NCBI GenBank assembly: GCA_040397785.1
Contig: JBBAVI010000011.1
Span: 12,930 to 76,929 of the forward strand
From: Saprospiraceae bacterium
GTDB lineage: Bacteria; Bacteroidota; Bacteroidia; Chitinophagales; Saprospiraceae
Direction of reading: 5' to 3'
Length of the DNA: 64,000 bases
In this document: positions 1 to 9,369 of the stretch, piece by piece
How positions within the stretch are numbered: position 1 is the first letter of the stretch
How the letters are laid out: each line of letters opens with the position of its first letter
Made by a program: the position numbers and the translations under genes
The notes under the pieces: generated by a model
What the model was told of the DNA's origin: nothing
The model's input: the letters and a program-made list of their open reading frames with translations, nothing else
Databases searched by the model: none

Positions 1-1553
1 TTTTCGTGTTCGTGTTCTGTTTCAGGTTGCTCCTTTTTGGGCAACGGACCATTGGGGCCCATAAAATTGGTGGTAACTCGGTCGATTACTTTTTCACCTG
101 ATAGAACTTCAATGGTTACCTGGGTTTTACGTCCAGTTAATTGATCCTGTGGCATTTCTACAAAAAAGGCACCCTCCGTTTTACCTGCTTTTGGAATGGC
201 CAAATGGGTATGTCCAATCCATTGCAACTGTGCTCCCGGGGTCGCCATGCGCAGCGAAAACGGCATTTCTTTGCCCGATTTGTTGATGATTACATAAGAA
301 TACAGGTTGGTAAGGTGGGTATCATCAGTTTGCTGGTACAATTGTCCAGGCGAACGCAAAATGATCGATTCGACAATTCCGCGATTGGCAATAAGCACCA
401 CATCAAGCGCCAGCAGCGCGAATAGAATGCCCGAATAGGCCCACACGCGGGGGGTAAAAATTTTGCGTTTGCCCGATTCGATGCCCGTCATAGAGTCATA
501 GCGCACCAGACCGCGCGGGCGCTCAATTTTGTCCATAATTTGATCGCAAGCATCCATGCAAGCCGTGCAGTTGGTGCATTCCAATTGGGTACCGTTGCGA
601 ATATCAATACCGGTTGGGCATACCGCCACACAAAGTTTGCAATCTATGCAATCGCCTTTAGGCAGACCATCTGTCCCTGTGCGCAGGGTTGCGGCGCTGC
701 CATTGACGCTGTTTCTGATGCTTTCTATCGGATTAGGCGTTGCAGGTTCGCTTTCACTCGTGCTCCCCTTTTTCAATTTCCCCCTTGGTTCGCCGCGCAG
801 GTGATCGTAGGCAACCACAATGGAATCTTTTACCAGCAACACACTTTGCAAGCGGCCATAAGGACAAATGGTGGTGCAAATTTGCTCCCGCATTCGGGCA
901 AACGTATAATAAAACACCCCGGAAAAAATTAACATGGCAACAAACCCACCCAGATGCTGCGACATTGGATCACGTATGATCTGTAATACACTGTCCATGC
1001 TGATGATATAGGCAAGGAAGTAATTGGCAAAAACAATGGCTATTCCGAAGAAAATACTGTGTTTTAAGGCCTTTTTTCTAATTTTTTCGGCATTCCAGGG
1101 GCCATTATCCAAACGCCGCATGGCGTTGGCATCGCCTTCTATCCAATATTCGATTTTCCGGAAAATCATTTCCATAAATACGGTTTGCGGACAAACCCAG
1201 CCGCAAAATAACCGACCAAAAACCACTGTAAACAAGATGATAAACACAATAAAGGTGAGCATCGCCAGAACAAACAGGTGGAAATCCTGGGGCGTAAACA
1301 ACATGCCCAATAATACGAATCTGCGTTCCAATACATTGAACAACAAAAACTGTTCGCCATCAATTTTAATAAACGGCATCGACAGGAAAAAGGCCAAAAA
1401 CACCAGGGTCACAATCGTTCGTGCATTGTAAAACCGACCAGACGGCTTTTTGGGATACAACCAAATCCGATTACCTTGTTGGTCAACTGTCGAAAGGTGG
1501 TCGCGATATTCCTCAGTATCTGCTATAATCTGGTGGATTGAATCTGGATTCAT
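1..1553 (-). CDS. ccoG: Cytochrome c oxidase accessory protein CcoG/FixG (4Fe-4S ferredoxin membrane protein), 3' end outside window
   Basis: The minus frame is open from the left edge to the ATG at 1553. It is absent from the ORF track because it is edge-truncated. My translation reads MNPDSIHQIIADTEEYRD...FCGWVCPQT...CIDCKLCVAVCPTGIDIRNG...CTNCTACMDAC. This gives a polytopic N-terminus plus two ferredoxin-type Cys clusters. The gene lies downstream of ccoP. Confidence 0.8.
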   Translation of the reverse strand, partial: MNPDSIHQIIADTEEYRDHLSTVDQQGNRIWLYPKKPSGRFYNARTIVTLVFLAFFLSMPFIKIDGEQFLLFNVLERRFVLLGMLFTPQDFHLFVLAMLTFIVFIILFTVVFGRLFCGWVCPQTVFMEMIFRKIEYWIEGDANAMRRLDNGPWNAEKIRKKALKHSIFFGIAIVFANYFLAYIISMDSVLQIIRDPMSQHLGGFVAMLIFSGVFYYTFARMREQICTTICPYGRLQSVLLVKDSIVVAYDHLRGEPRGKLKKGSTSESEPATPNPIESIRNSVNGSAATLRTGTDGLPKGDCIDCKLCVAVCPTGIDIRNGTQLECTNCTACMDACDQIMDKIERPRGLVRYDSMTGIESGKRKIFTPRVWAYSGILFALLALDVVLIANRGIVESIILRSPGQLYQQTDDTHLTNLYSYVIINKSGKEMPFSLRMATPGAQLQWIGHTHLAIPKAGKTEGAFFVEMPQDQLTGRKTQVTIEVLSGEKVIDRVTTNFMGPNGPLPKKEQPETEHEHE

Positions 1554-1652
1554 GACATGCTTATTGTAATGCTTACATCTATTTTTCGGGGTGTAAGTTC
1601 CGTTCAAATGCAACAGTGACAACTGACCATCGTCAGGATATCAGGTGATGTT

Positions 1653-1690
1653 GGTCAAAAAAAACAGCCGACGATGAACGCCGGCTGTTT
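1653..1690 (-). terminator. Rho-independent terminator/attenuator between ccoP and ccoG
   Basis: A perfect 9-bp stem (aaacagccg / cggctgttt) encloses an 11-nt loop. On the minus-strand RNA it is followed by a U-run (plus-strand A-run 1657-1664). Confidence 0.6.
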
Positions 1691-1716
1691 CGGGAAACAC
1701 AAAAAATTAAAACTTT

Positions 1717-2676
1717 TTATTTAGTAGGGCTGGGTAAGGTTTCTTTTGCAAGACTATCCTGTGGCGCAACGGTTTCTGTCCAGATAACCCCTTGTGGTGC
1801 TTTAGGGTTAGGAGGGTTGGTGCCACCCAATGTGAGGACATAACTGGCAATCTTTTGCATGTCGGCTGGCCGAAGTTGAGCTTGCCAAGCGATCATGCCC
1901 TTTTCTGGGACACCGTATTTAATGGTTTTAAAGACATTTTTAACGCCACCGCCGTGAATCCAGTAGGGATCGGCAAGATTGGGGCCGACGCCACCTTCGC
2001 CTTTTTGGCCATGACAGGCAACACAGTTGCCTTTGTAAATCAATTCACCTTCACCCAATGGACCACTTTCAGTGAGTGCAAACACATTTGACTCATCTAC
2101 GGAGTTGGCTTTGCCTGCCAGTGCGAGGGCGATTTCCTTTTTAGCGACTGCAACTTCCTGCTCGTATTCCTGTGTTTGGGAAAGGCCGTTGCCACCCCAA
2201 TGGTAATAAATCATGTATCCCAAACCATAAATAATGGTTAGAATAAACATATTGACCCACCATGGCGGCAAACGGTTATCAAGTTCACGAATACCATCGT
2301 AATCGTGGTGCAAAATAATATCAGCCTCCCGGTCGATCGGCACCGCATCTTCCCAGTATTTTTTGCGCATGCGGGTCCAGAAATCGTCTCCTGCCGGATT
2401 AACAACCGGTGCCACAGCCTCTTCCGGTAAGTTTACATTGTGCAAACGGGCTTCCAATTGAATCGCACGTTTGTACAAGAATTGGTTGACTTTAATCATA
2501 TAAAGCATGGCCACAAAAAAGAGCACGGCAGCTGCGCAAATTAAAACCCAGGTCATAATCTGGGGTAATTGCCCGACTTGTGGATCGAGGCTGGCTGTCG
2601 CAGTAGCAGATTGCGCCCAGACGGACACACTGGCAAGCAGCCAATAGAAAAGCAGGAGATATTTCTTCTTTTTCAT
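1717..2676 (-). CDS. ccoP: cbb3-type cytochrome c oxidase subunit III-like (CcoP, mono-haem form)
   Basis: 319 aa with a signal/TM N-terminus, a FixP-N-like region (DGIRELDNRLPPWW) and a C-terminal haem c motif CVACHG. It sits in the cco cluster. Confidence 0.8.
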   Translation of the reverse strand: MKKKKYLLLFYWLLASVSVWAQSATATASLDPQVGQLPQIMTWVLICAAAVLFFVAMLYMIKVNQFLYKRAIQLEARLHNVNLPEEAVAPVVNPAGDDFWTRMRKKYWEDAVPIDREADIILHHDYDGIRELDNRLPPWWVNMFILTIIYGLGYMIYYHWGGNGLSQTQEYEQEVAVAKKEIALALAGKANSVDESNVFALTESGPLGEGELIYKGNCVACHGQKGEGGVGPNLADPYWIHGGGVKNVFKTIKYGVPEKGMIAWQAQLRPADMQKIASYVLTLGGTNPPNPKAPQGVIWTETVAPQDSLAKETLPSPTK

Positions 2677-2764
2677 TTTTCAAAATTTTGAAAAACAGAG
2701 CGTTAGATTTGTGGTAAAGGTGTTGGGCAGGCATTACGGACTTCCCAAAAAACCTTGGTTGGTT

Positions 2765-2926
2765 TTAATCCTCAAGCGGCATGTTGGCCATATAGTCCAT
2801 ATCGGCCTTTTTACTCATAAAATAGGCGCGAAAAAAGGCGATACAAAACGCGGTAAAAAAAATGAGCAGCGCAGTAATGCCGAACCATTGGATGCCATTG
2901 ACGGATTGCAAAAGGTATTTGTACAT
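2765..2926 (-). CDS. ccoQ: Small membrane protein, CcoQ/FixQ-like cbb3 oxidase subunit
   Basis: 53-aa ORF below the ORF-track cutoff, translated by hand as MYKYLLQSVNGIQWFGITALLIFFTAFCIAFFRAYFMSKKADMDYMANMPLED. It has a single TM helix and lies between ccoNO and ccoP, as in known clusters. Confidence 0.6.
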   Translation of the reverse strand: MYKYLLQSVNGIQWFGITALLIFFTAFCIAFFRAYFMSKKADMDYMANMPLED

Positions 2927-3004
2927 AAAAATTTATATTTCAAGGCATACCGGTTGGCGCTGATCTTACTTGAACGCGGCGCCAACCGGTTCCCTTAGGA
3001 TGGT

Positions 3005-5155
3005 TTATTTACTGGTTTCTACAGGTTGGATTTTGATATCGGTGCCCAAACGCTGTAAATAGGCGATAATGGCCACGATTTCTTTGTTTTCCATACCTGG
3101 ATCATTAATGCCTTGCTCATTCAGACTTTTGGCAATGCTCAATGCCTGTTCTTTGGCTTTCCCAATGGCTTCTTTTTCAAAATTGCGTGGGTAAGGTGTA
3201 CCCAGGGTGCGCAAAGCCGCAATTTTTGAAGGCAACAAACTTAAATCCAAGTCGTAGTCAAGCAAGTATGGATAAGCTGGCATCAGCGAACCAGGCGACA
3301 TGGTGGTAGGATCCATCATATGGCTGTAGTGCCAGCTGTCAGGGTATTTTTTACCCTCACGCATCAAATCCGGGCCGGTACGCTTACTGCCAAACAAAAA
3401 TGGTCGGTCGTAAATGTATTCGCCAGACTTTGAGTATTCGCCATAACGTTCTGTTTCTGCACGGAACGGACGAATCATTTGGGAGTGACAACCCACGCAA
3501 CCTTCCCGGATGTAAAGATCGCGGCCGGTAAGTTCAAGCGGCGTGTAAGGCTTCACGGTAGATATTTTAGGCACTTGGCTTTCAATAAATACCATTGGCA
3601 TAATTTGAACGATACCTCCGATTGCAATCAAAATGGTGCTAAACAACAACATTTGCAATGGACGGCCTTCAATCCATTTGTGCCAATACTCGCCAGCCAC
3701 TGCTTTCGGAACGTAGCTTTCACGGGCAGGCGCTTCAGCAGCCTCATTTGCAAGGAAAGAGCCTTGTGCGCCTGTTTTGTACAAATTGTACACCCCAATA
3801 GCGGCACCAGCAAAATACATCAAGCCACCCGCACCACGAATGATGTACATCGGTACGATCTGTTTCACGGTGTCCAGGAAGTTACCCCAAGCCAGGGTGC
3901 CTTCCGGTGTGAATTCACGCCACATAAAGTATTGCGTCCAACCAGCCCAGTACAAGGGTACTGCGTAAAAAATGATACCCAGGGTACCTACCCAGAAATG
4001 GATGTTGGCAAGGTTGGTAGAATACAGGTTGGTGCGGTAAATACGCGGCCACAGCCAGTACAACATACCGAATGTAAGGAAGCCGTTCCAACCCAAAGCG
4101 CCTACGTGTACGTGCGCTATGGTCCAGTCGGTAAAGTGACTAATGGCATTCACCGATTTGATCGAAAGCATGGGGCCTTCAAAAGTGGCCATACCATAAG
4201 CAGTAACAGCCACGACCATGAATTTTAAAACAGGATCCTGACGAACGCGGTCCCAAGCGCCCCGCAAAGTGAGCAAGCCATTCAACATACCACCCCAAGA
4301 CGGTGCGATCAGCATAATGGAAAATACCGTACCCAGCGATTGTACCCAATCAGGCATGGATGAATAGAGTAAGTGGTGCGGTCCAGCCCAGATATAAATG
4401 AAAATCAATGCCCAAAAGTGTATAATAGATAGTTTATAAGAATAAACTGGACGATTAGCCGCTTTTGGCAGAAAATAATACATCAAGCCAAGATAAGGTG
4501 TGGTCAAAAAGAACGCTACCGCATTGTGGCCATACCACCATTGTACCAGCCCATCCTGGATGCCCGCAAAAACCGAATAACTGCCAAATAAAGAGTACGG
4601 TATTTCTAAACTCCGTACAATGTGCAATATCGCAACGGTAACCCAGGTAGCGATGTAGAACCAAATTGCTACATACAAGTGATCTTCACGGCGCTTCAAA
4701 ATGGTGCCAAACATATTGACACCAAAAATAACCCATACCAGGGTGATTAATATGTCAATAGGCCAGGAAAGTTCCCCATATTCCGAACTATTGGTTAAAC
4801 CCATCGGCAAAGTCAGGGCTGCGCACAAAATGACTACCTGCCAACTCCAGAAATGGATCCACGACAAGGTATCACTAAACATGCGCGCCTTCAATAAACG
4901 CTGCAGGGAATAATAAATGCCCGTAAACATGCCATTGCCCACAAAGGCGAAAATGACTGCGTTGGTGTGCAATGGACGCAGACGACCAAATGTGAGAAAT
5001 GGAACACCGTACTGACTAAAATTGAGGGGTGGATAAATCATCTGGAAGGCGATAATCAGCCCGACCAGCATGCCCACTAAACCCCAGATAAATGAGGCCG
5101 TCCCAAAGGCCCTCACGATCCGGTTATCGTATTGAAATTGTTCAATTCGGCTCAT
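3005..5155 (-). CDS. ccoN: cbb3-type cytochrome c oxidase, fused subunits I and II (CcoN-CcoO)
   Basis: 716 aa. The polytopic haem-copper oxidase core is rich in His and Trp (HFWALIFIYIWAGPHH, HVHVGALGW). The C-terminal CcoO-like domain carries the haem motif CVGCHSQMIRPF. Confidence 0.9.
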   Translation of the reverse strand: MSRIEQFQYDNRIVRAFGTASFIWGLVGMLVGLIIAFQMIYPPLNFSQYGVPFLTFGRLRPLHTNAVIFAFVGNGMFTGIYYSLQRLLKARMFSDTLSWIHFWSWQVVILCAALTLPMGLTNSSEYGELSWPIDILITLVWVIFGVNMFGTILKRREDHLYVAIWFYIATWVTVAILHIVRSLEIPYSLFGSYSVFAGIQDGLVQWWYGHNAVAFFLTTPYLGLMYYFLPKAANRPVYSYKLSIIHFWALIFIYIWAGPHHLLYSSMPDWVQSLGTVFSIMLIAPSWGGMLNGLLTLRGAWDRVRQDPVLKFMVVAVTAYGMATFEGPMLSIKSVNAISHFTDWTIAHVHVGALGWNGFLTFGMLYWLWPRIYRTNLYSTNLANIHFWVGTLGIIFYAVPLYWAGWTQYFMWREFTPEGTLAWGNFLDTVKQIVPMYIIRGAGGLMYFAGAAIGVYNLYKTGAQGSFLANEAAEAPARESYVPKAVAGEYWHKWIEGRPLQMLLFSTILIAIGGIVQIMPMVFIESQVPKISTVKPYTPLELTGRDLYIREGCVGCHSQMIRPFRAETERYGEYSKSGEYIYDRPFLFGSKRTGPDLMREGKKYPDSWHYSHMMDPTTMSPGSLMPAYPYLLDYDLDLSLLPSKIAALRTLGTPYPRNFEKEAIGKAKEQALSIAKSLNEQGINDPGMENKEIVAIIAYLQRLGTDIKIQPVETSK

Positions 5156-5231
5156 ATTGAGTTCCGAGTTAGTTTAGTTAAAAAAGTTGGTGGAAGTGCG
5201 CAGGATTGTACTCAAAAAAGGTAATCTGATA

Positions 5232-5396
5232 TTAAGCGTCATCTTTTTCGGGCTTCAGCTCATCCTCCAGCAACATCCGAATGGAAGGCGTGTATTCATC
5301 ATCAAACTGACCGTTGCGCGCTGCCCACAAATAAATCAACAGGAATCCTGCTGCGATGGTGAGACTAAAGAGTATGAGCAAAAACATGATTTTCAT
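5232..5396 (-). CDS. ccoS: cbb3 oxidase maturation protein CcoS/FixS
   Basis: 54-aa ORF below the ORF-track cutoff: MKIMFLLILFSLTIAAGFLLIYLWAARNGQFDDEYTPSIRMLLEDELKPEKDDA. A TM helix followed by the GQFDD motif is typical of CcoS. It lies directly upstream of ccoNO. Confidence 0.7.
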   Translation of the reverse strand: MKIMFLLILFSLTIAAGFLLIYLWAARNGQFDDEYTPSIRMLLEDELKPEKDDA

Positions 5397-5630
5397 GACT
5401 GTTCGTTTTTAAATCGGGTGCAATTTCCGACAGGATAGGGAGTGCCTAGATGATGGCAGTCAGACACGTTTATGACATTGATTAGCAAGCGCTGGGCTAC
5501 ACCTGGCTAAAACAAGAGAACAGTGCGATTACGCTGGAAACGCATCACAAACAGTATGTTTATCTAGGAAAATGGAGGAAATTGGCCTGTCGAACCACTA
5601 AATATGTAAGTAAATTTAAATCAAGGGCAT

Positions 5631-5682
5631 AAAAAAAGCCATCCTATTTGCTAAAGCCGGGCTTTATACAAATAGAATGGCT
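5631..5682 (-). terminator. Rho-independent terminator downstream of the M1 aminopeptidase gene
   Basis: A 14-bp stem (agccatcctatttg / caaatagaatggct; the single mismatch is a G-U pair in the minus-strand RNA) encloses an inner hairpin (aaagcc/ggcttt). A U6 run follows on the minus strand. Confidence 0.7.
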
Positions 5683-5726
5683 CCGAAATAAGTATAATAA
5701 ACTTAAAGCAGCAGGCGTCAAGTTAT

Positions 5727-8384
5727 TTAAAACATATCGTAATACATTTTAAGCGTCGGATCCGTCTCTTTAGCCTTAATTTCACTCAAAATCTGTTCTA
5801 AATTAGCCGCTTTCGCATCTTTCCCTTCCGCTTTTAAGCCATTTTTTAAATCTGAAATGGCTTTGGTCGCACCAAAACGACGCCATTGACTGGTTGCCAA
5901 ATTGAGGGAAATTACTTTTAATTTATCGACACCCGCCTCTATTGTAGCGTCATCATGGATTCCGGTGAGCATTTTTTGGTAAAAATCAAAAAATGTAAAA
6001 GCGCCCATATAATCAATTTTGTCCATCCGACGCTCAAAATAAGGCAAATTGTTGCGATCTGGTTTTTGTGCATACAATTCCGACAAGGACAGGATAATCT
6101 CATCATTATCATCGTTTTGCAGCGATTTGGATGCTTCAATGGCTGCCTCAGGATCCAGTTTGGTTAAGGCCGTGAGCGCTGCGCCTACTACGCTGTATGG
6201 CTGGGTGGGCTCCATCCCTTTTTTCAGGATTGGCACGTATTGCTTGTCTTCGCTTTCACCTAGCAAATTGATCGCCAGGGCCCGAACACTCGGTTCTTTT
6301 TCTGTTTCTGCCAATTTTGTCAATACAACAACCGTTTCTGCGTCTTTCGGATCAGCATGTTGCATGGCAATCGCACGCAAACCGTAATAAGCATCTTTCA
6401 ACGCTTCTTTAAATACGGGTTTGGCAGCAGCCGATTCGTCATTTTGTAAATTATCCAAAGCCTCAAACCGATCGCGGAACAAGGGGCCATGCTGGTACAT
6501 AAACACCCACTCTGCGGCTGTATGCTGGTCGTGCTTTACACACAACGTTGTTTTGGTTGCATCTACATTGATCAACGCCGGTTTTACCGCAGCGGCAAAT
6601 TCAAAGGTTTGCTTGCGCTTGGTGATGCGTATTTGTTCCCGCTTAACTGTCCCATCTGCATTGTAAATATCTACCGCCATCGGCAAATCAAACACAAACG
6701 GTACTTTCGGACCGTCCTGTATTTGATCAATTTGAACACTGGCCATTTTGCGGGCCTCATCGTAGCCATAACTGATTTCGAGATTAGGGTGGCCAGCACT
6801 AAAAAACCATTGATTCCAAAACCAGTTCAAATCCTGACCCGTCAAATCCTCAAATGCAAGGCGTAATTCGTGCGCCTCCACATCCGTGTACTCATTGCGT
6901 TTCAAATAACGACTCAAGGCCGCAAAAAAGGCCTCGTCGCCCAATTGGTTCCGCAACATATGAAGCACAGCGCCCCCCTTATTATAGGAATGCGCATCAA
7001 ACATATCCTCCCGATTGCCATAACCAAAGTTAATAAGCGGATGCCCGCCGTCCCCTGCCGAAAAAATATAGCCCTGCTGTTCCTGCATTTCATGGTCATC
7101 CGCAGCGTCGCGGCCGTGTTTGTGCTCTAACCACAGGTATTCCGAATAATTGGCAAAACCTTCATTGAGGGTCAGGTTTGCCCAGCTTTCGGTCGTCACA
7201 AGGTCGCCAAACCACTGGTGAAACATTTCGTGGGCAACTACTTTTTCGTTTGTCCAGTGCGCATCCAGCAAGCCACGCTTATTTTTTTGCATAAAGTCGC
7301 CAAAAATAACCGCCGAGGTATTTTCCATCGCGCCACTCACATAATCGCGCACCACTACCTGCGAAAATTTAGGCCAGGGGTAGGCATAGTTGAGTTTTGT
7401 AGAGAAAAACTCCAGCATTTCGGTCGTGTACGGGAAAATATCACGCGCATCCTGCTCAAAAGCCGGTTCCACATAATAGTCTACATCAATACCGCGCCAT
7501 TTGTCTTTTACCACGGCATATTCACCAATGGCCATCATAAATAAATAAGGTGCATGCGGTTTGTCCATTTTCCAGTAATCCGTACGGGTGCCGTCTGGGT
7601 TCTTTTTCGAACTCAACATCAGGCCATTCGACAAGGTTTTGTACTTATCTTCTACCGTAATGTATATTTCCTGGGTACAGCGTTCATTCGGCTTATCGAT
7701 GGTTGGAAACCAGCAAGAGTTGCTCTCTGTTTCACCTTGCGTCCAGATCTGTTTGGGTTTATCGGCTTCAGTCCCGTCGGCATTGATGAAATAAAGGCCT
7801 TTATCGCTGGTAATCGCGGCGCTGCCGCCGATGTTTGTGCGTTCGTCCGGTTTGGCGGTGTAGGTAACTACCACTTTAAATTCTTCCGAGCGGGTAAAAG
7901 TTTTCCCCAAATCAATATTCAATTGGCTCGAATCGTATTGGTATTTGAGTTGCTCGGTTTTTCCTTCCAGATTGACCGACAAAATGTCGAAATTCTTGGC
8001 ATCCAGGGTCAAATGGCTGCTTGGGTAAAACCACGGACGCAGCGTAAGGGTCGCTTTGCTGTTTGCGCGTTTTTTGGCCCAATCAAAGGAAATTTCAATT
8101 TTGGTATGCAGCAAATCATGTTCAAATGTATGCGATGGATTGTACGCACCCAAGGTGTCCAGATTTGTTTTTTGATCTGGACGCACCTCCGCACCTTCCA
8201 GTATTTTATATTCTTCAACGTCTTCCTCCGAGGCTTCACCCATTAAAGGTTTTTGGAGCGAATCCAATTCGGTTCGAGCCGCCGGCGGAATCGGGGTTGC
8301 AAGCGTGCCGGTTCCTGTTTTCGGTGTACAAGCGGCTAAAAGGAATAAGGCGGTCAAGTGTGCCGCGAAAAGGAGATTTTTCAT
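5727..8384 (-). CDS. M1-family zinc aminopeptidase (aminopeptidase N-like) lipoprotein with C-terminal helical-repeat region
   Basis: 885 aa with the GAMEN exopeptidase motif (SGAMENTSA) and the HEMFHQWFGD...E zinc motif. The lipoprotein-like signal is LFLLAAC. Confidence 0.9.
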   Translation of the reverse strand: MKNLLFAAHLTALFLLAACTPKTGTGTLATPIPPAARTELDSLQKPLMGEASEEDVEEYKILEGAEVRPDQKTNLDTLGAYNPSHTFEHDLLHTKIEISFDWAKKRANSKATLTLRPWFYPSSHLTLDAKNFDILSVNLEGKTEQLKYQYDSSQLNIDLGKTFTRSEEFKVVVTYTAKPDERTNIGGSAAITSDKGLYFINADGTEADKPKQIWTQGETESNSCWFPTIDKPNERCTQEIYITVEDKYKTLSNGLMLSSKKNPDGTRTDYWKMDKPHAPYLFMMAIGEYAVVKDKWRGIDVDYYVEPAFEQDARDIFPYTTEMLEFFSTKLNYAYPWPKFSQVVVRDYVSGAMENTSAVIFGDFMQKNKRGLLDAHWTNEKVVAHEMFHQWFGDLVTTESWANLTLNEGFANYSEYLWLEHKHGRDAADDHEMQEQQGYIFSAGDGGHPLINFGYGNREDMFDAHSYNKGGAVLHMLRNQLGDEAFFAALSRYLKRNEYTDVEAHELRLAFEDLTGQDLNWFWNQWFFSAGHPNLEISYGYDEARKMASVQIDQIQDGPKVPFVFDLPMAVDIYNADGTVKREQIRITKRKQTFEFAAAVKPALINVDATKTTLCVKHDQHTAAEWVFMYQHGPLFRDRFEALDNLQNDESAAAKPVFKEALKDAYYGLRAIAMQHADPKDAETVVVLTKLAETEKEPSVRALAINLLGESEDKQYVPILKKGMEPTQPYSVVGAALTALTKLDPEAAIEASKSLQNDDNDEIILSLSELYAQKPDRNNLPYFERRMDKIDYMGAFTFFDFYQKMLTGIHDDATIEAGVDKLKVISLNLATSQWRRFGATKAISDLKNGLKAEGKDAKAANLEQILSEIKAKETDPTLKMYYDMF

Positions 8385-8565
8385 CCAAAAATGAAGGTAA
8401 ATGGTGATAGTTGATTGATGGTTAACGGTTTACGCACGGCGTATGCCCCAAAGAGTTATTACAACTGCAAAAATCGCAAAAGGATCACAGCATTTTATGA
8501 ATCTTTGCCCCGCTTTTCGGCTAATGCGCCCAAAAGTAGGCGTTTCAACAAAATTATAAACGAAC

Positions 8566-9369
8566 GTGGAGACAAAAACGTACATCGATAAGCTCATAGA
8601 ATTTGCCTGGAATTATGGTCCCAAGGTGCTGATGGCAGCCCTGATTCTTTTTATCGGTCTTTGGGTCATTCGACGCCTCACCCGCGGATTCGAACAATTC
8701 CTCAAAGCACGCAAAGTGGATGATAGTTTGCGGCCGTTTTTTGTATCGCTCAACGATGTTGGCCTCAAAGTCGTTTTGCTGCTGGTGGTCGCCGGTATGA
8801 TCGGATTAGAAACGACATCGTTCATCGCTATTTTTTCGGCAATCGCGTTTTCTGTCGGGCTTGCCTTGCAGGGAAGTTTGGGTAACTTTGCCAGTGGTGT
8901 ATTGATTTTGTTGTTTCGCCCATATAAAGTGGGCGATTTGATCACGGTAAGTGGACTATCAGGCCGTGTCACAGAAATTCAAATCTTCAATACCATCTTG
9001 TTAACCGCTCAAGGCAAACGCATCATTATCCCCAATGGCAAAATTACAGAAGGCCCAATTGAAAACATTGCCGATAAAACAACGGTAAATGCAGAGATAT
9101 CACTTTTGGTCAATATCAACACCCCCATGAATAAGTTGCGCGCTGCCGCAAACGAAGTTGTCGCAAACTGGCAACACCGAATACCCAATTCCCAAGCAGA
9201 AGTGAAAATCAAAAGCATCAACCGCGATGATATGAAGGTGGATATCGCCTGCCCGACCATGGGCGAACATTACGAAGCCACGATGGATTATTTGGCTGAA
9301 GCGCTTAAAGCATCCTTCGATACCCACGGCATCGAACTAGCCAAAGAGCGCCGCAGAGAGCAATATTAA
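8566..9369 (+). CDS. Mechanosensitive ion channel (MscS family)
   Basis: 267 aa with N-terminal TM helices followed by an MscS beta-domain-like sequence (PYKVGDLITVSGLSGRVTEIQIFNTILLTAQGKRIIIPNGKI). The start is GTG as given in the ORF track. Confidence 0.8.
   Translation: METKTYIDKLIEFAWNYGPKVLMAALILFIGLWVIRRLTRGFEQFLKARKVDDSLRPFFVSLNDVGLKVVLLLVVAGMIGLETTSFIAIFSAIAFSVGLALQGSLGNFASGVLILLFRPYKVGDLITVSGLSGRVTEIQIFNTILLTAQGKRIIIPNGKITEGPIENIADKTTVNAEISLLVNINTPMNKLRAAANEVVANWQHRIPNSQAEVKIKSINRDDMKVDIACPTMGEHYEATMDYLAEALKASFDTHGIELAKERRREQY

Noticed and set aside
3479-4228. 249-aa plus-strand ORF inside ccoNO
   Set aside because: It is antisense to a well-supported haem-copper oxidase gene and has no motifs.
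5440-5480. FNR/CRP-like half-site (TTGATtagcAAGCG) upstream of the cco cluster
   Set aside because: Only one half of the TTGAT-N4-ATCAA palindrome is present. Such regulation is not established for this phylum.
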